A stretch of DNA of 64,000 nt from the NCBI GenBank assembly GCA_022605425.2, contig JAKIMF020000011.1, positions 248,001 to 312,000 of the forward strand, given 5' to 3'. How positions within the stretch are numbered: position 1 is the stretch's first letter; every line of letters begins with the position of its first letter. A program made the position numbers and the translations under genes. Origin of the DNA: Hamiltosporidium tvaerminnensis FI-OER-3-3 (Eukaryota; Fungi; Microsporidia). This document shows, piece after piece, positions 49,464 through 60,455 of the stretch. The notes below the pieces were generated by a model, which was given only the letters and a program-made list of their open reading frames with translations, was not told the origin of the DNA and searched no databases.

Positions 49464-51020
49464 ATGAATCTCTTCTCCATTTTTTTAATTCAAAACTCCC
49501 TCTGTGCTGGTATTTCGAATCCAATGTTTGATACGGATTTCAATACAGTTCATCATGATTCTTTTCTTTTACTTTTTACACAAGATACATTTAATCCTTC
49601 TGTTTCGCCAGCTCTCGATCCTTTCCATATTAACATAACGAATAGATATCAAGATGGGATAGACGACATTTCTTTAATCATACCTTACGCTAAAGTCTTT
49701 CTTGAAGCCCATTTAGAAATAACAAAGTGTATATTCGAAGATTCAATGAAAGAAGCTATTGAAAAACAATTGAAGGATTTTAAGAAGCGCCCAAGTGATT
49801 TTGATTTCAAAAATGAAAAACTCATATACAAAATGATACTTTTAAATTTTATAAAAATCTTTTTAAAGAAGTATATTCCGTGTTGCATCAACCAAAAAAC
49901 TTTGAAAACAGATGAAATTATTGTATTAAAACATATTTTAAAGGGGCCGACATTCTCTGAGGATTTTTTTGTCGAAAAAATGCTCGATATAATCATACCT
50001 AAGGAAATAACTGAAAAGCTACTCAATACCGAAAAAGAAAAAATTGAAGTAATTCAAAGTGGTATTAAAAACAAAGCAGTTAAGAAACTTATATTTGAAA
50101 ATTTGTTTTTCGCTTTTGCAGCTAGCTTGCTAGTTCTGAATCAAAATTTACCAGATTTTTCGGTTTATAATGCAACAAAAAACGAAGAATATTTAAATTC
50201 GAAAATCAAAAATAATGAATTTTTAAAAATCATAAAAAAAATATATTCGAAGAATGCATGGCAACTTTCAGCATCTTATGAAAATCGAATTATGCAAACA
50301 CCCGAAGAATCAAAAGAAGTGCTTTTTATGGGACTTTGTGGGTTAATTCTTGAGAACTACCAAAACAAAAACTTCAGAGATATATTTAAGAAAAAAATCT
50401 TTACATTAATTTTTGATAATAATAAACTTCGTTTACCAGTAGTGATTCAAAATGTTTCGAAAAATATTTTTCCAACTTACTGGTCGAGTCGCGAACTCTT
50501 ACGCTTTAAAGAATTACTCGAAAAATATTCAAATCACACTTTATACCTATCGTTTAGTTTGTCGATTGAAGACTGGCTCATAGTTTTTATCAGACAAATT
50601 TTTTCAAAATTTAAAAAAGAGAGGTTTTACAAAATAGTAAGTGAAGATTTTCCTGATGCTGAAGCAGTACGAAAAGAAATTCTTAAAGAAATATTTGAGG
50701 AAATCCCCGAAATCAGCCCTTTCTGTGATGATATAAAACTGTTTTTGGTGAAGTTAAAAGAGAATCTTAAATCCCAAACATATATTTCCTTTTATTTTGA
50801 CAAAGTTGAAGATTCAATTTTCAACGATATAATAACCAAATTTTTTGAAGAAAAGAAAATATCCAAAACAGAAATTCTTCATGGAGGAAATATGAGTGAC
50901 TTAGATATAAAAATAAGAAATAATGTGATGTATTGTTTCGAATATTGTTTTAAATCTACTTTGACCAGCCATTTTAGAAATGATGAATTTATAAAGAAAA
51001 AAACTATTATTTTTGAATAA
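49464..51020 (+). CDS. Lineage-specific secreted protein family, paralogue 3 (518 aa)
   Basis: Intact ORF with signal peptide MNLFSIFLIQNSLCAG and CCCCC before the ATG. A mosaic of paralogue-1-like and paralogue-2-like blocks plus private changes. Confidence 0.88.
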   Translation: MNLFSIFLIQNSLCAGISNPMFDTDFNTVHHDSFLLLFTQDTFNPSVSPALDPFHINITNRYQDGIDDISLIIPYAKVFLEAHLEITKCIFEDSMKEAIEKQLKDFKKRPSDFDFKNEKLIYKMILLNFIKIFLKKYIPCCINQKTLKTDEIIVLKHILKGPTFSEDFFVEKMLDIIIPKEITEKLLNTEKEKIEVIQSGIKNKAVKKLIFENLFFAFAASLLVLNQNLPDFSVYNATKNEEYLNSKIKNNEFLKIIKKIYSKNAWQLSASYENRIMQTPEESKEVLFMGLCGLILENYQNKNFRDIFKKKIFTLIFDNNKLRLPVVIQNVSKNIFPTYWSSRELLRFKELLEKYSNHTLYLSFSLSIEDWLIVFIRQIFSKFKKERFYKIVSEDFPDAEAVRKEILKEIFEEIPEISPFCDDIKLFLVKLKENLKSQTYISFYFDKVEDSIFNDIITKFFEEKKISKTEILHGGNMSDLDIKIRNNVMYCFEYCFKSTLTSHFRNDEFIKKKTIIFE

Positions 51021-51837
51021 ATTTTTAAGTTTTATGCGTTTTTATGACCAATTTCTTTATAATTTGAAGTTTTACGTGAAATTTCCTCTTAAATAATAAG
51101 TTCTGTGTTGAACAAAATTTTGAAGTTATTTTTTTAAAAAACCTCTCAAGTATAAAAATTAATTTAATAAATTTCATATCCAATGGCTTACATTATTCCA
51201 TTACTTACTAAAAAAAATAATCATAAAATGAGCTATGGAATTCCGACAGCAATTTGATAAAATTATAGTCGTACAAAAAAGTTTTTTTTAAATTCAAAAT
51301 TGCAGGAAATCATATTTAGCGGACCGAACACATTTCAAAACATTTTGCGCAACATAAAGCAACTCTGAAGTGTCTGTATGTACCGGGCCGATACAAAGGA
51401 ACGAGAAAAATTCAATACAGTCATATACTTGAATATAATCAAGTGTTTTCTTAAAAATGAAATATGATGTTGATGTTCGTTGTAACGAAATCGCGTTTTT
51501 ACTTTATATATTGCCATTTTGGAAAGAGCTTTTAACAAACAAAAATAAAGAAGACATCTTTATTACGTTTTTGCTGTAATTTTGACCATTATTCATCTAT
51601 TTAGTTGTTAGTTATGCAATTCAAATTAAACAATGAAGTTGTGCTCTAAAAAAATATCATACAGAAGTATGAAGTAGACTCAATTATAATTGAAAGAGTT
51701 TAATTGGTTTATTTTTACTTTATTTTGTTTTTTCCTTATATTTTATTTTGTATTTAGGATTAATTTTTGTTATTCTATTAAGTTATGGATAAAAAATCAC
51801 CATAGATCTCTTACTTTAATTTTTATTAATTTCATTT

Positions 51838-54800
51838 TTCTAAAAATGAGTTAAATCAGAAAAAAAAGCAAATTTTTCTCTTTAAAATAATTTTTTCCAC
51901 AATTTCAACCACTTCTATCTCTTCCTCCAACTCCAACTCTTCATTTGTATTAGTTTTTGGTTCCTTTTCTGTGGTTATGCCATGCAAAATAAGGGGTAAA
52001 ATATGTTTTCTATTTTCCGATTTAAGATCTTCTTCCTCGTTGTCTATTATCTTTAAAGGGGGTGTTTGTTGTTTATGCATTTCAGCTCCTAAAATAACAA
52101 TTAATGATACACTCTTCCAGCTCTCTTCGGCATTTGGTCTAGACTCAAGTCATCTTCGTCGATCAAAAGAAATTGTTTCGACTGTCTTCTTGAGTACTAT
52201 GAATTATATATGACTCTACATTCATGGGTATTTGCAGTCTCTTACATACGTCTTATGGTATTTTGTCACAATACCGTTCCAGATTATCACATAAGGAATT
52301 ATCTCTACAGTACATTAATAAATAAGACCTAACTCAATTGCAAATACCTCATACTTCCTAAGATTCTCTGTTTCAACTAGTTAAAGAGAGTCTTGGGTAG
52401 TGATTCCTACTTCAATGAGGGTCATCCTATTTTATCTCTTGTCTAAAATAAATATATCTGGTTTTTACACAGAATCTTGACATCAGTTTTTATTCTGGCG
52501 TCGACTCTTATCTCTGCATATTCGTTATCAAGAATTTCTTGAACTGAGTGGCTTCTAATTCGTTTCGAAGACTTAAACTTATATTTATTCAGCAAAATTA
52601 AATTTATACATCGTACCATTTCATTGTGTCGTCTTTGTAGTCATGACTAAACATTTTTTCACATCTCGTTGCTAGGTGATCTACTGTTTTTCTAGACTGG
52701 TTGCAGGATTGAAACATACCTTCTGCACCCCAGAATAACATTTCCATCCTGGATATAACAGAACACTGTTTCATCACGTGGTCTTACACTCCCTTTTTTT
52801 AACACACTTGAGGAGTTATTTACACTTACCAGCTCGTTATTTCTAGCACTATATAACTTTGAATGTAGTTTTCGGTTTTTGATTTCGTTGTATAGATTAG
52901 CTAGTTGAGCTTCTTTCAATTTATTTTTTGTGACTTGCTCTTCAAACCCGTATTTTACTTTTAAAAAGTTTAAATGCGTGAAAGGTAGGTTTTATTATTA
53001 TTTTCAACTCTTAAGATTGCTGCTTTTCTGTCGATGTATCTTTATGTTTTTCAAGACAATCCTAGAGTTGCAAAAGCATATGTTCGCTTTTAAATTCGCC
53101 ACTGTGTAAACTTCTTCCTAGTTCTTTGCGTGGAAGGTATAGACGTTCTTTACATCTTAGGCGCATATGTATTTTGTTCTTTACTAACACATCACGCACC
53201 GCATCATATAACTTAGAAAAGTCAGTCAGTTCAGTCGGAGTACATTTATATGATAATTTAGTAAAGAAATTGAGTTTTTTTAATAGCTTGAAATAAATTT
53301 CTTGCATTTAATCTCGTGCAATAAAGTCTTTCTACTCGCGCTTTAAGTTTAGTTTGTACAGCTTCAAATGACTTAATTGTTTGAACACCTCTGCTTTCTT
53401 CTATAATGCCAAGGTGTTTATAAACACCTATTCTTTCAAGAAGAGTAGCAGTATCTCCACCACATTGAACATTAGGAGCCGAATTCTTTTTGTTTTTCCA
53501 ATCTTATATTATTAATGAACTTTGTAATCTCACTCGTCATTCCTTCCACTTTTTGTACATCTTCGGCAAAGAGCTTAAGATCATCAATAAACAAGAGTTG
53601 ATTATTCGCGTAAGATTCTTTATCTGTCTTTATTTTCACTCTTGTGTATTTTTAATTAAGCTTTCGCTCAATAGATCCATCCAAAACACAAACAACAATG
53701 GTGACAGACTATCCTATTGCAGAATCTCTCCATCGATCTTCTTGCACATAATATTTTCAGGCTCAAATGATATATTAATTTTCTATTTTGATATAGATAC
53801 TTAAATAAATTTCCGGATTCAATCACATAAATTAAGGTTTTTTATGAATTAAGTCAAATAAGCATGATCCATTGACTCATGGGGTTTTTTGACATGTATA
53901 CATGTTGCCTTAAGATTTTTTGCGTACTATTTATTCATTGAAACTTTTAAAAATACCTGGTATTTTGCTTCTTGCGCTTCTCTAAGCGCATCCACACTGA
54001 TTATCCGTTAGTAATACTCGTCTTTTGCCTAAAGCTGTGAACTTTAGTAACACATTTTGACCTATGTTTATACAGGTTATCGGCCTGTGATCAGAATCAG
54101 TATTTAGTGTACTTTTAGGTATCAGATAGGTAAGTTTGCAATAATACCCGTCGACTTGAGGCGTTCCTTCGTAACATATGACTTTCACAATATCGTAAAG
54201 ATATTTATGATGCTAAGTTTCTTGATCTAAAAGTTATAAATACCATCAATTCCGGCGGCTTTCTAGTTAGGCAGCCAATTCATGCTATATTTAACTCTTC
54301 ACGTGAAGAAAAAGCGGTCTGTTGCGTATCTGACACGAAAGGTATAAAAAAATCATCTTATGTAACTACCTTATTCTCTTTGTCTATATTGTAAACCAAA
54401 CTTCTATAATTTCGACAGATAAACCAAATGCTCAAATTCAACGCGCTCAGATAAGCCCAGATAGATTCGACCTCGGAATGACTCAAAGACGATTCTCTTT
54501 CCGGAATTTCTTCCTGCTCTCTTTAATCGGATGTTTTTTCTCGTAAAATTCGAAGCCTCATTCTTTTTAACCACAGACCTAGAGAAATCATTTATTCTGC
54601 TTAAGTCTAAATTAAACTCTCGCCTAATTTTTCTGGACTTTTCGTTTCCGAAGTTAAGCTTTTTCTGTTTTTAAGCCTTCTCAAGAAGATATTTATAAAT
54701 TACCAACTTGCAAAATTTACTTTCTATACTTTCCTTTTAAGCGGATCAAGTTTAGCCTTACTTGTCATCTCGCCATAGCATACATGAGCCGCATGAATGA

Positions 54801-55582
54801 TCCGATCTGAATTACTAACATTCTTAGGCACATAACATTCAGCATATTTACCTGTGATTCGATTTATGAGTACGAAAACTTTACTGTCAACTAATTCTAC
54901 ATAAGTTTTCTAGTTCGGACAACTACATCTCCGATTTCCTTCTCCGTGTTTCCTGGATTTTACAGAAGAACTTTTCTCTTGGGTTCATATAATGTAGTGT
55001 CAGTTAAGGAACATGACTCAGTGAGCAAGTTACGATTCTACGTCGGTCTCTATTCTCTTCTTGCCTTATTTCTCTTTCTGCCTTATTTTTTATTAATTTG
55101 TTTAACACATCAGTATCAACAGTTGACCAAATTCCTCACTATGGTACCTAAGAAAGCAGACCAGCTATTTCTAGGCATTCTCTCAAATATTTTTTGCACT
55201 GCTAAAATAGCAGATCTAGGCCTTTCCTGCTCTACGGCTGTAACAGAGTCAAGCATTGAATGCAATTATATCAGTCGATTTCCTTCTAGAATAGCAGGTG
55301 CATTGAGGTTTTCTATTGTGTTGGCTGGTCTACACGCAGACGAATCGAGACAGGAAGAAGGGGGTGTGGAATCGAGCAGGCTTACTGGAGTAACCCAAAA
55401 CGCATTGCTCGATGGGGAGTGGATTTTGTTATGGATGGTCGGTTGTGGTTGATGCGTCTAGATATCTTCACGTCATCTCTATCACACGTTTTTGTCTCTT
55501 TTAAACTAATTTACGATTTGTTTACAGCCTTTATTTCTTCATTTTTTATATTTTATCTGCCAACTTTTTTTCTTCTACCCAT
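51838..55582 (-). mobile_element. Decayed full-length RLE non-LTR retrotransposon, unit 3
   Basis: Nearly identical to 26100-29845 (same fragment ORFs). Start ATG at 55582. Confidence 0.88.
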
Positions 55583-56833
55583 AAAGAACACAAAATACAT
55601 TGAATTGATTTTTATTAAAAATAAATGCTCTGTCATATTACGTAACAGTATTTCTAAATTTTCACTCGTTTATGTAATCTTCTTTTTAAAAATTGTAGGA
55701 AGCTAAGACAAGCCGAAACCAGATAAATAGCTTAAATTTATGTTGATTGTGATGCTTTGGTGCATAATTTTGCTTCAAATGCCATAAACATCATATAAGT
55801 AAATAAAGATTTAATAGTAGTTATTTATACAACATTTAACAATACTAGGCACCTTGAAATAAAAATCCAAGGAACAAATAGGAAAGACGAATTCAATATA
55901 TTTTTTGTATTTAAAACTTTTAAATTAATAGAAAAAAGTTATTAACAAAAAAAAACATGTAAAAACAAGCTATTCTATTATAAAAATTCATTGTTTTCTC
56001 ATTTGAAAAGTAATATAATACAGGAGAAGAAACCAAACACGTAATTCAAATGAAGAGATACAAGAAAAACTAAGCTAAGAACTTATAAAAAATTAAACAA
56101 CATGATTATATTCATAAAAAATAGTGCAATCAAGAAAAAATCGCGTTTTTTAAAAAACATGAAAGTGATTAATTTCAAACCGGTTGACTTTTTAACTTGG
56201 ATTTTGCAAGGCTTGGAATCATAGGAAAAATATTATACATGTTCGGCTGATATGAAATAGCTGTTAAGCTTCCTAGAATATATACTAGAAGATTCAACCT
56301 ATTATTGAGTAGCAAGTTAACATATGCATCGCAAAATATGAATTGTTATAAAAAGAAAGTGATATATCAACAAGATGAAATGCTTTTCAAAGTATGTGAA
56401 CGTTAATTAAATTTTTATATTTATAAAGCTTTTTACTGGAAAAAATATAGGTTAGAAAGAGAAATTAAGAAAAGCACTGGTAGCAAAATTATTTTACGAA
56501 ATGAAAACTTTATCACTTTCAAAGTTAAAATTTCTTTAAAAATGAGTATGTGTTTGATATAGGTTCGAAACAACTAAATATTTGATATAATTCCTCTTAA
56601 GGAAATAATGGTTTGTTATCTGCTTAGAACTGTCTCTCCGGTAAAACTAATACAACAATTTACCTTGATGGACCGTAGAAGATTTAGCGTCTTGTGATTA
56701 GAAAATGCCTCGGAATTACTTCATTATCATATACTGGTATATTTAAATGCCATTTTTTTACTTTTACTGAATAGAATTTGATTTCATTCTGTAAAACGAA
56801 CCGAAAAAATTTTCTTAATAAAGAATCCTAAAT

Positions 56834-57067
56834 TCATTCATCCTTGGGACTACAGCCTGTAAACGCCTTAGTCTCTCTTAGCAATACTACCCACAGGTCT
56901 TTTTCAAGTGGATTTATTTACTTTTTCGGGTTTCGTAACAAGTTAGTTTTAAAGGGTGGCTTGTTAGCCTTACGCCCAACACCAACATGGAGGACCAGTC
57001 CTTTTTAGTCGCCTCTTACGACAAGCATAGAATACTCCAAACCAATTCTGCACCCGGCATGGTTGGC
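56834..57067 (-). mobile_element. RTE-derived SINE-like element, unit 3
   Basis: Perfect TSD taaagaatcctaaat at 56819-56833 and 57068-57082, with the same RTE motifs. Confidence 0.8.
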
Positions 57068-57094
57068 TAAAGAATCCTAAATAGCATTGTTAAA

Positions 57095-58767
57095 TGTCGC
57101 GGCCCATAATCCCCCCCATATCCTTTGTGCCCCGTTATTTCTAATACCCCCCCCTTTATTTTCAATATATTTAACGCCTCTGTATTTACTATTAATTAAT
57201 TTTTAACACACCCAAATTAAAATATGAGGTATTACGTTTCTAAATATAATAAGAGTCAAATGAAAATAAATGTTTATATACTTTTAATTTTATTTTTCAC
57301 TCTAAAATTTTTTATCGGAATCAATTTTAAAAATAAAACCATTTCCTTCTATCTTAACATTTCTTATTTTAAAAATAACATATAGTTAAAAAAAAAAGAA
57401 AAAAACAAAGTAAAATTTAATCCGCTTTATTAGACTTTATAAACAGTTATTTTTTCAGCATTAACGTTTTCTAATTCTATCATATTACCATTAAAACTAT
57501 TTGTCACTGTAAAGACATAATCATCTAAAAAAGAATCAAACAAGACACGTTTAGTCTAGTATTCATGTCAAAATGCTTTTTTTAACAAAACCTAATCTCT
57601 AATAGGAAGATTTCTTATTTTTTTATTGTAATCTTTACTTTCTATGATTCTTTTTTATATTTTTCAAAATTTTTAATTACTTCTGTATTAGTTTAAAAAT
57701 TCTTATCAATTTCAGAATCAGTTGTTGTTGAAGATGAAGCAAGATATCAGGACCCATTTACTTCATTATACATTTAAGACCCAATCTCTAAATTCCACTG
57801 TGTCTTTATATCCCAAATCATGTTTGCTTGCTGTTTTACATCAGAAATTATTTCGTCAACAAATACTAAATCATCCTTTAGTTCCTCTGTCACTATATTA
57901 CCAGAAAGAAGATTATAAACCCAGTTAACCATTAAAAGGTTGTAATGATGATTTATTTGAGGCACTATGTATTGTTCTATTATAAGCCAATATAACATCA
58001 ATATAAAAACAGATCCATCTTTTTGTACCTGTAACATATAACTTCTTTTGCATACTATCTTTTAATGTTTGATTCATCTTTTCGATTTGTTCCTGTGCCT
58101 TTGGATTATGATGTCTTCCATATATTATTTGAATGTTAAGATCAGTTAAGTATGTTTCAGCCATTCATTTTGAAATTCTTCATCATTATCAGATTCAATC
58201 TCAACTGGAATACCAAAATTATAATAGAAATTTATATGAATCTTCTTCGGACTGTGAAGTCTTGTTGATCGTTTTAAAAATATAGAAATACGTTGTATAA
58301 GTGTCAATTACGTTTCGAGTCCAATAATCTGATCATTTTGATCAGCGTATCTTCTAAAAGCTACACAATTCATCATGAATAAATTGTATTATTTTTTTAA
58401 ATTTATTCATTGATAAGAGTGATTTGCTCGGAAATTCGTTTCCTTATAACATGTTATTGCATTATAAAATATTTATTTAGTCGATAATATTAAGCAATAG
58501 AAGCCGTAAAACCTTGCATTGGGACTATTTGTATATGTATTGCCTTTTAATCGTTTAGATTCAAAGACTCTAATCCGACCATATAAATATGGAAATTTTA
58601 TTTGAGCAATAGAAGCTGGAGTAAATACGAAATAACCCTGAAATTATAGGATAAAAATAAAATACAAATAACATATATCTATTATAAATAAGGGTGTTAT
58701 TAATACATAAAATTGCATTGGAAATAACGGGCACAAAGGACATGGGGGGGCACCAAGGACCGTGACA
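57095..58767 (-). mobile_element. Ginger-like integrase transposon relic, unit 3
   Basis: TIRs as in unit 1; rve fragment ORF 57925-58164. Confidence 0.78.
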
Positions 58768-59427
58768 TCTAATAAGACCACACACTAGAAAACCCGATGT
58801 AAACATTTAAATAAAGACATTTTTCTTTTTGTCAAAAAAGCCAAAAATATCATATATTTTCACAAAATAAATCAACTCACTCTTTAAAACTGAGTGAACA
58901 AAAAAAAAGAAATTGTTCAAAATTACAAAAATTAAGTAATAAACATTGCCTTAATATTTTCACTTAAGTTATGATTTTGGCTTATAATGTTTACAAAGCA
59001 TTGTATATATATCTAGAAATAGCAAATACCTATTGATTAAGGGGATATATTTAGTAAAGAGTATGGCAATAATTTTTAATTTTTTTTGTAGACGAAAGAA
59101 TTCGTGTTTTAATAAATCCAGATTCAAATTAAAATTACATTGAAAAATCTTATACAGCTCTAAAATATGCAAATACCTTTTCGCTAGTTAGAAATGATGG
59201 CAAAGCAGAGTGATTTATAACCACTATAAAAAATTAGAGAATATATTTACGAATAGCAGGTATCATAAATCTTGCAATAGTAAACATACAAAGAGGATAG
59301 AAATTGAAACCGAAATATATACAAACACGGAAAATTCAAATAAAGCAAACAAGAGCAGAAAAAAAAACCAATCATCTAATTAATTATATTTTTTTCTTCG
59401 TATTAAAATTTGAAAAATAACAGAATT

Positions 59428-60455
59428 GGGACCAGAGACACCTTTATAGACTAAATTCGCATTAAAAACAAAAATTTATAAAAATTACACCTAAATTTAT
59501 ATTTATAACTTTACAATTCCAATTTATAACATATTCTACCACTCACCAATAAATTAAATTAAAAAATCAAAAATTTAAACTATGGATATTTTAAACAGCT
59601 TTATTAAGAGCTAAACAATCTTGAAATTACATCTAAAAATTAATTTTCTCCCTTTTCCAACAGCATTTACTAAAGATAACCAAATCTTCTTAAGTTCGCC
59701 ATCGATTTAAGATAAACTTTATAAGTGGGAACCAATTCTTCTCAATATTGTTGGTATTAACATTGGAAGATTTGATAGAATCAATCGCTCGAGTGATTTA
59801 CTGTTTTGTGATCAAAATATTTTTCCAAATCACTATAACCTTCTCAACAGTCTGTATAGATTATGCTACCTGGCTTCACATGTTGTAATATTATACAGGT
59901 AATTGTTTCTTTAGTTCTATCAAAGATAGTTATCGACGTTATTTTCCGAGCTGATGTTCTTTCCCCTAACACTATTGTACCTTTGTTTACCAAATCGAAA
60001 TTCGTGAATTCGCTCAGATAATTTCATTACTTCAAATATATTCCTGAGTTACAGTCAAATTACTTTTGTTTTATCATTCATTTTTTTAACTAATGTCTTT
60101 AATCTTCTATTTATAATATCTCGAACATAAATATTGTTCTCATTTGTGTGTTTGCAAGGAAACCAAAAGCAGTTTTTAACATTTTAAGATTTTTTTTATA
60201 GTTGTCGAGCAAAGTACCTTTAAGACCAGAAACTTTCTTTTTACATGAATTCCATGTATAAATTAAAAATAATGATGATTATGAGTCGAGAATTATTCAA
60301 GAAATACAAGTGCTGGATTTTTGGGCCAAAAAAGTTACTATAAGGCACTTAAGCCAATCACTAAATTTATTGAAACCAAAACTCATTTGAAAGGGTAAAT
60401 TTTTTGAATGTTTATCTTTAAAGCTACATTAGTACGATTAAGGTACCTCTCACCC
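59428..60455 (-). mobile_element. Merlin relic, copy 4 (right boundary of the array)
   Basis: Left end GGGACCAGAGACACCTTTATAGACTAAATTCGCATTAAAAACAAAAATT aligns with the reverse complement of the right end, GGGTGAGAGGTACCTTAATCGTACTAATGTAGCTTTAAAGATAAACATT (degenerate TIR). Confidence 0.78.

Larger units (their letters stand above)
20801..60455. repeat. Tandem segmental array: three units of about 12.87 kb bounded and separated by four Merlin relics
   Basis: Homologous ORFs recur at constant offsets (23720/36592/49464; 22306/35187/48062; 31987/44862/57722). Homology stops at the outer ends of the first and last Merlin copies. Confidence 0.95.
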
